A DNA stretch of 28,209 nucleotides from a virus (lineage: Duplodnaviria > Caudoviricetes). The stretch is taken from IMG/VR virus record IMGVR_UViG_3300038673_000236, positions 1 to 28,209 of that record. One strand, written 5' to 3'. The notes beneath the pieces were generated by a model. That model was not told the origin of the DNA. It did not search any database and worked only from the letters and a program-made list of their open reading frames with translations. Below, piece by piece: positions 8,714 to 18,625 of this stretch; positions within the stretch are counted from its first letter, which is position 1, and every line of letters begins with the position of its first letter. Made by a program: the position numbers and the translations under genes.

Positions 8714-9133
8714 TTACCATCCCTCTGGCGGCCAGGTGACATCTTCAGGGCACGCCGATGATTTTTTGATGAGTATCCTTAAGGAAACGTCGGCATATCT
8801 CTTGCTTTCAGATGTTATCGATGGGAATCCCTGTATTTTTCCCTTGTGGTCACTGTAACCAAGGTCGTTCGTTATCCATGGAGCAGAAAACCAGTTCACA
8901 CCATTGCAAAGTGTTGATCGATAGAATAATCTGAAAATGGCCAGCATGTCAATTCCGTCTCGTCCCTTGAAAAGCCTCAGAGTTGCCTTGATGCTATCAT
9001 GGGCACCTGAACCGTACCGTACTGTCTCCCTTCTTCCTGACTGCGTTGTTCTGTTCAGTGCGTTTTCTCCCATGACAACGCTCATTCCGCTGGAAAGAGG
9101 CGCAGGGAGCAATGCGGGCCACTCAGCCATCAA
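8714..9133 (-). CDS. Distal tail protein (gpM/Dit-like), paralog 2
   Basis: WPxxLPAP N-terminus; F..FY...L.NGVNWF. Confidence 0.7.
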   Translation of the reverse strand: MMAEWPALLPAPLSSGMSVVMGENALNRTTQSGRRETVRYGSGAHDSIKATLRLFKGRDGIDMLAIFRLFYRSTLCNGVNWFSAPWITNDLGYSDHKGKIQGFPSITSESKRYADVSLRILIKKSSACPEDVTWPPEGW

Positions 9134-9516
9134 CTTTCTCCGTAGGTGATATCACCTGATTCGTCTACAGGCACGCCAGCAATGATCAACACAGAGATTG
9201 ATATGTCAAATCTCCTCTGGTTCCTGGTTGCCGATGGCGGTTCGATGAACTGGCAAAAGTGATGGTCGAATCCTAATGCAGGCAACCATGGCGCCGAAAA
9301 AGGCAAGCGCTGGTTCAGGGTCGTGTCATAGAAAGTCCTCATGGCCTGGAACTGGGAAACAGAACATTGCCTGAACTGAAACTTTCCTTCGTGTTCAGGG
9401 TAGGTTCTGGTGCGAACCTGACTTAGATCATCGTCGACAGAAGAAACCCCGGCGACCTGCTCTATCGAGTAATTTCTGTATGGGGCTTGCGGCAATGTAG
9501 ACGGCCATGCGTTCAT
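9130..9516 (-). CDS. Distal tail protein (gpM/Dit-like), paralog 1
   Basis: WPSTLP N-terminus; FY..TL....F; immediately after the tape measure gene. Confidence 0.7.
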   Translation of the reverse strand: MNAWPSTLPQAPYRNYSIEQVAGVSSVDDDLSQVRTRTYPEHEGKFQFRQCSVSQFQAMRTFYDTTLNQRLPFSAPWLPALGFDHHFCQFIEPPSATRNQRRFDISISVLIIAGVPVDESGDITYGES

Positions 9517-12500
9517 ATCATCGGACCCCGCTTGCCTACTCCCTGCCTGCCTTGGTTTATCCGGCTCTGCATTTTTTGCTCAACCATGTCGACAATAACG
9601 TCCCAACTCATGCCATCTTGCGACTGCTCAACCCTTGCCGATGCCTGTGCTGAAGAGTTATTGTTCACTGTCACATTGATGTTTGGAGAAGATGATTGCG
9701 CCTTAACCCCAAGGTCTCCTCCAGGCATCCTTGTCAATGGCATGATAGCCTCTGATCCTGCTTCGCCCATGAGTCCAATACCCTTGGCGAACGGGAAGAT
9801 GGTCGGTGAGGAAACAACCGTGTTCGAGTATGCAGACAGGCCAGGTGATGCGTAAACGTTGCCTTGAGCGTTTGCTGTGAACAGCGACCCGAGCAGGCTT
9901 CCTATCCCTGTGGCCATTGATCCTTCGCCACCTGATGCGCCAAGCGTGCCCATTATTGCCATTTTCACCGACAGAGCGGTCAAATCCTGAAGAATGTCGA
10001 ACACGACATCGCTAATCGTTTTCCCTAGATTTTCCCACGCCTCCGAAAGGCTCATGTTGCTTTCTGCCGCGTTCCTGGCGAACTTTCCCAGCGCATCACT
10101 CGATTGGTCAATGGCTTTCGGCAGCACGTCTTCGTAAAACTTTACCGCCTCATCCCTCATGTTCGATTGGTACGATGAAAGGCCGACATCCATCAACGCC
10201 CCGACGCTTCCGGTCTTCTCGTACTGGTCTGCTGCAAACGCTCTCCTGTACTCAAGCATTCTTTCCGAGAAAAGGCGGTACGCCAGCTCCTTGTCGCCAG
10301 TCGCTTGGATGAAGTTGAATTTCTCGGCTTCTTCATGGGCGGTTATCAGGGAAAATGTCTCCTCAGACACCCGGCCAATTTCGTGATAGGCAGAAATCAG
10401 CGCATCGTATTTTCTCTGAGCGGAAAGCTCTTGCTCAAGCTGATCTCGCGAAGTTATGCGGCCGTTCGCTTCAAGATCGAGTAGCTTTTGATAAATAACG
10501 GTCTGCTCTTTAAGCGACTCTCCGAGGCGCTGATGCTGATCTGCAAGCTCGCGCACCTTGTTGGAGTCCTCAACGCTCGATCCAGCCGTATTCCTACTGA
10601 GATTTCCTTGAGCTTCTCCAAGCTGCGCACCGACCGCCTCGTACCACGCCTTGGTATTTTCAGCCTGCTCCTTTGCTTCAGCCAATCGGGCATTGAACTT
10701 GTCGATTTCGTCTCCACCTTCCTGGAGCTGCCTTCCCATGTCATAGGCTGCCCTGCCGAACTCACCGAGTCCAGACATGGTTATTTCATCGTTTAGGCGA
10801 GTCATGGCATCAATCGTGTCCTTGGCGCTCTTGTTCCACTCGTCGCTGATCTCTGCTGCGTTTCTCGCTTCTGCCACATACCCCTTGATGGTGGCGTTGA
10901 GCTGCTTCAGCTCTTCTCGCTCTCCGCGCATTGCCGCCGTGCGCCCTGACCTGGCCTCCCGCTCGTCTATTTCGGCAAGCTCTTCGTTCAGCTTCGCCTG
11001 GGCTTTGAGCATCAAGTCAGATCCTGGGGCCAAGTATTTCGTCATCTCGTCGAACTTGGCGATGGCCGATTCCTTGGCTGTCCGAACATACTCTTCCGCC
11101 GCTTTGTTTGCCTTGTCGGCGGCCTTCTGCATCTCCTCGATTTTTTTATCGAGCATCTCTTGCTCGTCGGCGCTCACCTTGATACTGGGCGACCACGTTG
11201 CTTTTGATGCTGTACCCTTCAGCCTTCCCTCAAGGTCTTTTAACTGGGATTCAGTCGCCTTGATATCGTTCTGGATAGCCTCCGGCTCCCTGTCTCCGAA
11301 TATCAAACCGGTTATGGAGTTTTCCTTTACAGATAGCTCTTGCTTGAGACCCTTGATCTTCTGTTTGAGCCTGTCGACGGCCAACTCTTCAGCGGTGGCA
11401 TTTACCAGGTCACCCTTGCTGTCCCTTTTCCCTGACCATTCGTCATTCAGCTCTGACCATTTGAGATTTACCTGCTTGGCGCCGTTGATCATGGCTCCTG
11501 GTATATCCCAAGGCTTAGGGATGTCGACACTGATTCCGGTCAGGCTCTTTATCTCTTGAATGGCAACCTTTGCCGTCGAGACCACATTTCCCAGCAACGT
11601 CAAAACTTGGTTTATCCCGTCAAGCGATTGCAGCGCCGCCCATCCTGCAGCATCGAACATGGCGCCTATGGCATCCTTGTTGCTCGACACCAGGTCTACA
11701 AGGCTTTCTATGGTATCCCTTACCTTCTCTATTCCTTGCTGATACTCAGGGTTCCATTCAAGAAGGCCTGTCTCCTTGTTTATTTTTGCTATCCCCTGTT
11801 GCCAGTCATACAGGCCATCTCTGATGGCTTCGAAAAGAGGATCAGTGGCCTGGGCAGATACCTGCTGAAGAACGTCAACAGTGTTCGATGCCACACCACT
11901 CCATGTCTTTTGCAGTTGCTCGCCAAACGCCTTGTAGGCGTCTAGTTTCGACATGAGGAAGTCGAACAGGCCCTGAATGTCTCCCTGGTACCTGGCTATA
12001 TCCTGGTTGGTGATGCCAAGTGCCGTGGCGATGCGGGTGTTTTTCGGATTGATCCCACCGGTGAGGATAGAACGCATTTCCTCTCCCATCTGCCCGATCA
12101 GCATGCCGGTTGTATCTACTGCTCCGGCCGCCTGCATCATGGCAACGGTGAACTGCTCAACCTGATCCTTATTGAACCCCTTCGACAGCGCTACCGGCGC
12201 AGCCTCCTGGTACGCTTTGATCAATTGATCGAGAGTGGCGATTGTTTGCAGGTTCGAAGCCTTCAACCTTTGGATAACGCTATCCGCATCATCCATTGCC
12301 GCGCTCATGGCCTCTTGCCCGCGCAGAACCTTGCCGGTTATCTGGTCGGTGTACTCACCGTTGTTGAGGAATGCGGCAGCAATCCCCATTGTGGCAGTCT
12401 CTACTGTGGCGTTGAAATCGAAGGCAACAGCATTGATGATGCGCTGAACAGAATAGGCAGCCTGCTCAAGAAGTAGGAATTTACAGGCAGCCATAGCGAC

Positions 12501-13007
12501 AGACCCACCGAAAAGGTCCATGCGCTTTTTGCTTTTCTCGACAACACCATCAACCTTTCCAAGCGACGAAACAACCCTGTCTACCCCTGACGTTGATATG
12601 TTGAAGTTCGACCCGAGGTCGCGGATTTCTTTTTCGGTAAGATCGAGCTGCTTGGCTAGGCGTTTTAGCGCTGCCTCCTGAGCGTTTGCCGCTTGAGTCT
12701 TCAGAAGGCGAGATTGCAGGGATGCAAACTGCTCGTCAGTAAGTCCGGTGATCTTGCGCAGTTCTCCGAGGTCGACGCCAATCTGGCTGAACACCTTGCC
12801 AGACATCTTCGACGCACGCTCAAGCGTTGTGAATTGGCGAACAAGAGAATCGATGTTGTTGCGAACAGAGGAAGGGGAGAGCGCATTGTTCAGAGCATTC
12901 GATATGCCGGTTGCCTGATTGGTGACAATGGCCTTGGCCTCTTTGAGGCTCTTTTCGAGTGCGCTGTAGTCGCCCTTGATCGGGACGTAGATTCCAGGTA
13001 GAGACAT
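9513..13007 (-). CDS. Tail tape measure protein
   Basis: 1164 aa, helical Ala/Lys/Glu-rich; lambda-type C-terminal NAQGNVY...GLMGEAGSEAIMPL. Confidence 0.95.
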   Translation of the reverse strand: MSLPGIYVPIKGDYSALEKSLKEAKAIVTNQATGISNALNNALSPSSVRNNIDSLVRQFTTLERASKMSGKVFSQIGVDLGELRKITGLTDEQFASLQSRLLKTQAANAQEAALKRLAKQLDLTEKEIRDLGSNFNISTSGVDRVVSSLGKVDGVVEKSKKRMDLFGGSVAMAACKFLLLEQAAYSVQRIINAVAFDFNATVETATMGIAAAFLNNGEYTDQITGKVLRGQEAMSAAMDDADSVIQRLKASNLQTIATLDQLIKAYQEAAPVALSKGFNKDQVEQFTVAMMQAAGAVDTTGMLIGQMGEEMRSILTGGINPKNTRIATALGITNQDIARYQGDIQGLFDFLMSKLDAYKAFGEQLQKTWSGVASNTVDVLQQVSAQATDPLFEAIRDGLYDWQQGIAKINKETGLLEWNPEYQQGIEKVRDTIESLVDLVSSNKDAIGAMFDAAGWAALQSLDGINQVLTLLGNVVSTAKVAIQEIKSLTGISVDIPKPWDIPGAMINGAKQVNLKWSELNDEWSGKRDSKGDLVNATAEELAVDRLKQKIKGLKQELSVKENSITGLIFGDREPEAIQNDIKATESQLKDLEGRLKGTASKATWSPSIKVSADEQEMLDKKIEEMQKAADKANKAAEEYVRTAKESAIAKFDEMTKYLAPGSDLMLKAQAKLNEELAEIDEREARSGRTAAMRGEREELKQLNATIKGYVAEARNAAEISDEWNKSAKDTIDAMTRLNDEITMSGLGEFGRAAYDMGRQLQEGGDEIDKFNARLAEAKEQAENTKAWYEAVGAQLGEAQGNLSRNTAGSSVEDSNKVRELADQHQRLGESLKEQTVIYQKLLDLEANGRITSRDQLEQELSAQRKYDALISAYHEIGRVSEETFSLITAHEEAEKFNFIQATGDKELAYRLFSERMLEYRRAFAADQYEKTGSVGALMDVGLSSYQSNMRDEAVKFYEDVLPKAIDQSSDALGKFARNAAESNMSLSEAWENLGKTISDVVFDILQDLTALSVKMAIMGTLGASGGEGSMATGIGSLLGSLFTANAQGNVYASPGLSAYSNTVVSSPTIFPFAKGIGLMGEAGSEAIMPLTRMPGGDLGVKAQSSSPNINVTVNNNSSAQASARVEQSQDGMSWDVIVDMVEQKMQSRINQGRQGVGKRGPMI

Positions 13008-13010
13008 TGC

Positions 13011-13430
13011 CTATTTCCCCATAGCGCTGATGCGCTGTGCAGCGTAGACCTTTCCTTTTTCAACGGCAGGGCGCATGTACGGCTTAGGGGCAACCCGGCC
13101 ACTGGTGCGCTTTCCCCACAAGACCTTGACGTGTCCGAATTCAACAAGCCAGGCGTGGAATCCTCTCGCGCTAGTAGCCCCTTCACCGCGATTCCTGCCG
13201 GTGGCCTTGACGATGTACCCGCCGCGAACGAACTTCGATTTTCGCATGCCAATAGACTTGCGGAGGTTTCCGGTCCTGTCGATGAAGGCTGCTGTGCTTT
13301 TGGCGTCGTCACGGATGTGCGCGGCGACATCGCGTAGAAACTTATCTATCTCCTCTTCGTTTTTCCCCATCTGTTGGGAAAAACCGCTGGCGATATCTTC
13401 GACAACCACGCTTCCAATCGCGATAACCAT
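13011..13430 (-). CDS. HK97 gp10-like neck/tail-completion protein
   Basis: DRTGNLRKSI, HAWLVEFG and PKPYMRPA motifs. Confidence 0.88.
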   Translation of the reverse strand: MVIAIGSVVVEDIASGFSQQMGKNEEEIDKFLRDVAAHIRDDAKSTAAFIDRTGNLRKSIGMRKSKFVRGGYIVKATGRNRGEGATSARGFHAWLVEFGHVKVLWGKRTSGRVAPKPYMRPAVEKGKVYAAQRISAMGK

Positions 13431-13433
13431 GCT

Positions 13434-13781
13434 TCAGTCCTTTTTCCTCATGGTCTCAAGGGCTGCGCTCTCCATGATCCGCACCCCATCGAAAACTTCC
13501 GATCGATCTTCGCCTTCGATCTTCCGCAAATCAAACACCATGGGAAGGACGTTGTAGTCGAGACCTACGGCTCCGGCCGCCCCTGTTCGCCACTGCGTCA
13601 TGATGTCCACGAACACCATCACCGTTCTAGCGTTGTCCGGGTATATGCTGGTTTCGTCTTCGCCGAATCCCTCGGCATCCATTATCAATTCAACCGGGAC
13701 GCCGAGGCGCTCTGCGCTTTGCTGGGCAAGCTCTTCTCTATCGCCGCCCACCAGCGCAGCGGCGATAGATTTCAGTTTTTT
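13434..13781 (-). CDS. Tail assembly chaperone -1 frameshift extension (gpT/DUF1799-like)
   Basis: -1 frame from the slippery site reads KKLKSIAAALVGGDRE...TQWR...GLDY...MESAAL. Confidence 0.85.
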   Translation of the reverse strand, partial: KKLKSIAAALVGGDREELAQQSAERLGVPVELIMDAEGFGEDETSIYPDNARTVMVFVDIMTQWRTGAAGAVGLDYNVLPMVFDLRKIEGEDRSEVFDGVRIMESAALETMRKKD

Positions 13782-14083
13782 ACGCGACTTGCGTACAGTT
13801 CGCGGTAGTACGCGGCAATGATTTCGTTGCCTGCGCGGACATGGTTTGCCAACATCAGGGTAATGTTTTCAGGCGTGCATTCAACATCAAACCCTTCCCA
13901 ACCTTTGATGATATGGGACAGAGCCTTATCGGTTGGCTCGTTCTTCACCATCTCTCCAAAGGCGATGAGCTGGTCTTTGGTTTGATATTTGAACGTGATC
14001 TGGACCGTTACCGTTCCCGGCTTTCCGGGAACGGACAGTTCGACGTCGGCGGTGAATACCGGATCCGGAGTTATTTTGAACAT
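13772..14083 (-). CDS. Tail assembly chaperone (gpG-like)
   Basis: MFKITPDPVF...GW; lies between tail tube and tape measure; ends in the slippery heptamer. Confidence 0.88.
   Translation of the reverse strand: MFKITPDPVFTADVELSVPGKPGTVTVQITFKYQTKDQLIAFGEMVKNEPTDKALSHIIKGWEGFDVECTPENITLMLANHVRAGNEIIAAYYRELYASRVKN
13775..13781 (-). other. Programmed -1 ribosomal frameshift site A AAA AAC
   Basis: GTA AAA AAC TGA at the end of the gpG-like ORF, with an open -1 frame into the gpT-like ORF. Confidence 0.88.
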
Positions 14084-14110
14084 GGTTTCCTTGGTCTTTA
14101 TCGCTATTTA

Positions 14111-14755
14111 TCAGGATGCGTAATAGGTCGGCGTCCCGTTCATGGTGATGACTGCATTCGTGGTGACAAGGTTTTGGGCTTGGCCACCTGGGAGCATGGT
14201 ACAGCCGACATATCCGGCGAAATAGAGAATTTTTCCGCCGCTGCCGAACTGAAATTTGAACGCACGTTTCGCCTGGATATCGGATGCTGCCTTCATTGCG
14301 AGCAATCCAGCATCAGCAGCATCCCACCGGTTTTCAAACTGGTAGGAAATAGCGCTCGGCATGCCAGGCATCTGTTTTTTCGTGGTGTCGTGGATGGTTG
14401 TGTCGTCGATGAAGTCGAACTCGCCACCGCTGGCGTTCATGGTGCGTGCGGTGGTGATTGAGTGCCCGAACGTGACCTTGCTCGCCGTTCCGCTCGAAAA
14501 GGTCTCGAAATTGGTGGTGTCAACCCCTTCAAGCTCGAATGTGTCGGCAGTCTTGTTGGCCACTCGGACAACTTTATCGTCAAGCTGGTGCATGCCATTG
14601 ATGCTCAACAGTACGATGTCGCCGTTGTTTAGGCCGTGGGCTGTTGCTGTTACGACACCAGGATTTGCCTTGGTAATCCCGATGATGGTGTCGGCAGCAT
14701 CGAGCGCAGATTGCATGGATACAGAAACGCCTTTCCAGATAATTCCTTGAGCCAT
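14111..14755 (-). CDS. Major tail tube protein with an inserted beta domain (FCCH-like)
   Basis: GGE..FIDDTT...KQMPG and YFAGYV tube motifs; ITKANPGVVTATAHGL..GD insert. Confidence 0.9.
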   Translation of the reverse strand: MAQGIIWKGVSVSMQSALDAADTIIGITKANPGVVTATAHGLNNGDIVLLSINGMHQLDDKVVRVANKTADTFELEGVDTTNFETFSSGTASKVTFGHSITTARTMNASGGEFDFIDDTTIHDTTKKQMPGMPSAISYQFENRWDAADAGLLAMKAASDIQAKRAFKFQFGSGGKILYFAGYVGCTMLPGGQAQNLVTTNAVITMNGTPTYYAS

Positions 14756-14782
14756 TGTCTTTTCCTCTTTGGTGGTTACGGC

Positions 14783-15136
14783 CTATTCGGCCCAAATCTG
14801 AAACTGGGTTATGTATTGATAAGTCTTGTCGATTTCGCTGTATTCTCCAACTGAGTGAAACACCAGCACACCGGCAAGCGTTGAGCTTTCAATCGCAGTC
14901 TTTATTGCACCGAGCGCAAGCCCCTTTGCCTGCTCTGGAGTTTTGGCGAAAATGTCTATCTGGTATTGATGGTTTGTCGCCCCGAGATATTCGGTTATTC
15001 CATTTTCAGGGACTGCTGAAATCTCATAAAACACCACATACGGTATGGTGATCGTCGGTAACGTGTTGGCCACGTTATGACAACCTCCGGCAACGAGCGG
15101 GCTGATCAAACTCTTGAGCGTTGTTTCGATCGACAT
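14783..15136 (-). CDS. Tail terminator (DUF3168-like)
   Basis: PYVVF and QIDIFAKT motifs; immediately upstream of the tail tube. Confidence 0.8.
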   Translation of the reverse strand: MSIETTLKSLISPLVAGGCHNVANTLPTITIPYVVFYEISAVPENGITEYLGATNHQYQIDIFAKTPEQAKGLALGAIKTAIESSTLAGVLVFHSVGEYSEIDKTYQYITQFQIWAE

Positions 15137-15138
15137 TT

Positions 15139-15474
15139 TTAACCCTCGCTCGCCCCGGTCCTGACCATGATATCAAGTTCTCTCCGCTGCTCGTTGACAT
15201 CGACGACAGCAGTGATATCGTAGTATTTTCCGTCGTATGAAATGCGCATGTCCTGAGTGACTCCAGCTCGATAAGCGATGTTGAATACCCCGATCATTTC
15301 GTTGTGCGCTGCGCTCGCAGCTATGAAGTCACGGCCTCGCAACATCCTGATTCGCGCCCACGCCTTTGCGAACTCGCTCCAGGTAAAAATCTGGCCACCA
15401 TCCTGATCGGTAGCCGGCGTTTTCTGTTGCACGATAACAAGGTGCCTTCTGCTCGATTTCTGCATGGGCATCAC
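15139..15474 (-). CDS. Head closure/stopper protein (SPP1 gp16-like)
   Basis: W...WA.I..L.GR..., MRI.YDGK.YDI motifs. Confidence 0.88.
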   Translation of the reverse strand: MMPMQKSSRRHLVIVQQKTPATDQDGGQIFTWSEFAKAWARIRMLRGRDFIAASAAHNEMIGVFNIAYRAGVTQDMRISYDGKYYDITAVVDVNEQRRELDIMVRTGASEG

Positions 15475-16283
15475 AACACCATTGCCAAATCGTAAGCGAG
15501 CCAGTGTGAGACGGCTTGCTCGTTATCGTTTCGCCCTTCTTCGTACCTGTCAGATATCGAGAGAAGCATGCCGATCATGGTGCTTTCTGGCACAATGCCG
15601 ATGAACATGTTGCCGCTTCCTGCTGAGGTGATATCGACAGCTCCACCACCAGATGTTTCTGTCAGCTTGAATGTATTCCCGCTGACATCACGGACGAAGT
15701 AGTCTTTCTGCTCAACCAGCCCGCCCGGTAGCGATCCGCCAGACACCGACAACCTGACTATTTCACCATCGGTAAATGGATGGTTGATGGCGGTAATCAA
15801 GTCGGTCGATGTTGCAACGGTGAACGGGACGACGTAGCCGGCCTTGAATCTGATCTGGATAGGGTTTTTGCTGGCTAGTTCTGCGTCTGGCCACTCTTTA
15901 TCGTTACCAAGGACGATTCGCCCCGGAGTGCTGTTCAAATCCACCGCGTAGTTTTCTGCCGAGAACGTTGTGGTGGTCCCTTCTGAGTCGGTGTACTTGA
16001 CGAAATCGACCGATCTCAGTGGAGAAGATGGTAGCTCGATCTCATCACTGTATGGCCACCCGTCAAGGTAAAGGTCAAATACCTGCAAAACCAGCGTCCT
16101 TCGCTGGTACGTTTCCGCCTGTACCCTGGCCCCGGAAATGATTCTCGACAGGATAGGGTCGTGATGTCCGCAATTCGTCGTGGCGTCTGCGGCATCCACC
16201 GCGAGGCGAAGGTGGATTTTCGCCTCGGTGAGGTGGATGGGCTCTGCCGTTGGCGGAGTATGCAGGGACAGGCGGTAGCTCAT
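15471..16283 (-). CDS. Head-tail adaptor (HK97 gp6/SPP1 gp15-like) with an ~80-aa inserted FCCH-like domain
   Basis: EPI.L.EAK.HLR, AE.Y..R and IRFKAGY; then an insert NHPFTDGE.V...LPGGL...YFV...FKL; then the MLL.I.DRYE helix. Confidence 0.85.
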   Translation of the reverse strand: MSYRLSLHTPPTAEPIHLTEAKIHLRLAVDAADATTNCGHHDPILSRIISGARVQAETYQRRTLVLQVFDLYLDGWPYSDEIELPSSPLRSVDFVKYTDSEGTTTTFSAENYAVDLNSTPGRIVLGNDKEWPDAELASKNPIQIRFKAGYVVPFTVATSTDLITAINHPFTDGEIVRLSVSGGSLPGGLVEQKDYFVRDVSGNTFKLTETSGGGAVDITSAGSGNMFIGIVPESTMIGMLLSISDRYEEGRNDNEQAVSHWLAYDLAMVL

Positions 16284-16292
16284 TTTCTTGAC

Positions 16293-16805
16293 TTACTCTG
16301 CCTCGATAACGTAGGTCAAAATCACATCAACATGCGTTGCCGTGGCCAAGTTGCTTCCACCGGACTGCTTGCTGACGGAAACCGACGTATTGGCGTCGTT
16401 GGCCACGAACGAGGCTCCATCGGCCAATACAGAGACGTTTGCCGAATTCGGCTTGACCACTGCCGACCTGGTAAGGGCGGCAACTAGGGCGACGATTGGA
16501 CGCACAGCGCTCCCGCCTTGGGTCGAAACTATATCAACAGATGTTGCAGTTGCCGCGTTACCGCCAATGGCAATCATGGTAACGTCGACAATCCTGTACT
16601 TGTATCCGGACAGTGCAGGAAGAAGCTCAAGCCCTGCATTCACCTGCGCTGCTGTCGCTCGGACTCGCTTGTTGAGGGCCATCCCGGTCACTATCGATCC
16701 GGATTGTGCATCAAGTTTTCCGCCACTGTTGACTTGCAGGGTTCCACCTGAAGCGATGACTTTTTTGCCTCCGCCCTGTTCTGTGTAAACTTTTGTATTG
16801 CTCAT
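16293..16805 (-). CDS. Putative head decoration/fibre protein
   Basis: Ala/Gly/Val-rich beta protein between the capsid and adaptor genes. Confidence 0.55.
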   Translation of the reverse strand: MSNTKVYTEQGGGKKVIASGGTLQVNSGGKLDAQSGSIVTGMALNKRVRATAAQVNAGLELLPALSGYKYRIVDVTMIAIGGNAATATSVDIVSTQGGSAVRPIVALVAALTRSAVVKPNSANVSVLADGASFVANDANTSVSVSKQSGGSNLATATHVDVILTYVIEAE

Positions 16806-16822
16806 TTGTTCCGCTCCTTGAA

Positions 16823-16856
16823 ATCCATGGGCGCCAAGGTGTAGACGCCCATGGAT
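16823..16856 (-). terminator. Intergenic stem-loop (weak terminator or mRNA stabiliser)
   Basis: ATCCATGGGCG / CGCCCATGGAT 11-bp stem with a short U tail. Confidence 0.55.
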
Positions 16857-16866
16857 GAATCAGCTA

Positions 16867-17310
16867 TTATGCCGCCTCGTCGGGCGAAATCAGTTGCGTG
16901 GATTTCAGCAGGCCGGCGTTTGCATCTGGACAGATTCGCCCTGAATACCTGATAGCGGTTATCCCGAGAATGACTGCATTCTGAGTCGCCGGGGTAATGT
17001 TGCATTGCAGGTATCGCTTATTGGGCCGGAAGACATCGACGACAATTGCCGACTTCGCAAGGGCGGCGTTCGCTGCGGTGACAGTGTGGGCAGTGGTCGT
17101 CGCCAGGCGCGCCATTCCGGAAGTTGAATTTTCCGTATTTTGCTCAACGAAAACGTCGACTGTTCCATTTTCGATAATGGTGCCAAGCTCGGCGATAAAC
17201 AGAACTCCATCGTAGTTGGCCATGTCGATGATATCGCTGGTGCGCTTCGTGGTGCCGGCCGCATAGTAGCCAAGCACCTGGTCAATCTTTACTCTTTGCA
17301 GTAGGTTCAC
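16867..17310 (-). CDS. Putative capsid decoration protein
   Basis: IDM..YDGV.F...G and KRYL motifs; directly after the major capsid gene. Confidence 0.6.
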   Translation of the reverse strand: MNLLQRVKIDQVLGYYAAGTTKRTSDIIDMANYDGVLFIAELGTIIENGTVDVFVEQNTENSTSGMARLATTTAHTVTAANAALAKSAIVVDVFRPNKRYLQCNITPATQNAVILGITAIRYSGRICPDANAGLLKSTQLISPDEAA

Positions 17311-17354
17311 GGCTGTTCCTCTCGTGTTGATTGTGCTTTATGCCAAACGGCTGG

Positions 17355-18578
17355 TTACGCGGTTTTGATACGGGCAAACGCCTCGGACAGCACCGGCATT
17401 CCGTCGGTTTCCTTGTCGAAAATGAAACCGACCTCACTGGTAAGGGCGTACAGCTCGTTAAGTCGTTTTACGCGAAGGGCGAGGCTGTCTGCGATCCAGT
17501 ACCAAGAGAAATCGGCGAACATTCCCACGTACTTACCTGTGGTGAACGTGTTCGGCACATACTCAGACATCATGAGCGGCCGGCCCATGAGATTATCAAG
17601 GGCGCCTGGGGTATCGGTCATCTCGAAGATGTATCGGCCCTCACCGTCTTTGAGCAGGGCGATCTTGGCCACACCGTCACGATGGAAAAGCCATGAAGCC
17701 TTACGCATGTACTGCGCCTTGAGGCTGTACTTGACCAGCTTCAGATTGTCTGCGGTGAATCCATCGGCTGCGCCAGAGCTAACGTCTCGATCAGTGTAAA
17801 GTCCTTGGCGGGAAGCAGTGAAAAGCCCGAGCGGCTTTTTGTCTCCATCTCCGGTCAGATACGCCTTTTCTTCGGTGATGCCGAACTTGTACGCTGCCCT
17901 CGCCATGATGATCGATTCGGGGCTGATCCCGTCGGACCGGAGCAGTTTGTCGGAAGCCTTGACCAGTTTTTTCAGGGGATTGGGCTTCAGTTCACGCTTG
18001 CCGAACTTGAGCGCCTTGTCCTCGGCAAACTGCTTGATTTCAGTCGACCACTCGCCATCATCCAGGTCGTTGTCGAGCGACGGAAAGCCAAGGCCATTGG
18101 CATTGCTCGTCGAAAACTTGGTGGCGATGGGGCGGATAAAGACCTGATCGTCGATAGCCTGGATCAGGTTTCTGACGAACTCCTGCGGAGTGGTCAGGAA
18201 TCCGGCTGCCGTATCCTGGCCTGCGGTAAGAGTCCGGTACTCTTCCGGTGTCAACTGCTCTCCGTTGGCGATATCGAGAGTGAGCAGTTTTCGAAACGCC
18301 TTGCTTCTCGCTTCGGCTTCTGGAGCCTGCTTTCCTTTTCCTGCCTGCTCGGCTTCTCTCGATGCGATCTCGGCAAGCGACCGCTCTTCTTCCATGAGCT
18401 TGGTCAGGCGGTCGATATCTTCACGGAATTCTGTCGCGTCTTTGAGGTAGGTATCGGACTGGACCTTTTCTTCGGCGGTCATTGACCGTTTTTCGGATTC
18501 GGCCTTGTCAAGAATTGCTCTTGCCTCGGTTACCGCCTTGTTTCGCTTCTCTTGAAGCTCTCGTAATTTTGCCTGCAT
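17355..18578 (-). CDS. Major capsid protein, HK97 fold with delta domain
   Basis: Coiled-coil N-terminus; GDG..KPLG, LKDGEGRYI, LMGRP and FADFS motifs. Confidence 0.97.
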   Translation of the reverse strand: MQAKLRELQEKRNKAVTEARAILDKAESEKRSMTAEEKVQSDTYLKDATEFREDIDRLTKLMEEERSLAEIASREAEQAGKGKQAPEAEARSKAFRKLLTLDIANGEQLTPEEYRTLTAGQDTAAGFLTTPQEFVRNLIQAIDDQVFIRPIATKFSTSNANGLGFPSLDNDLDDGEWSTEIKQFAEDKALKFGKRELKPNPLKKLVKASDKLLRSDGISPESIIMARAAYKFGITEEKAYLTGDGDKKPLGLFTASRQGLYTDRDVSSGAADGFTADNLKLVKYSLKAQYMRKASWLFHRDGVAKIALLKDGEGRYIFEMTDTPGALDNLMGRPLMMSEYVPNTFTTGKYVGMFADFSWYWIADSLALRVKRLNELYALTSEVGFIFDKETDGMPVLSEAFARIKTA

Positions 18579-18625
18579 TTTCTTACCTCGTTGCCCGATG
18601 TGGGCGCTGTGAGCTATCGGCTCGT

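Noticed and set aside
10777-11559. Long + strand ORFs within tape measure, capsid and terminase genes
   Set aside because: Ser/Leu-rich antisense shadows of real minus-strand genes
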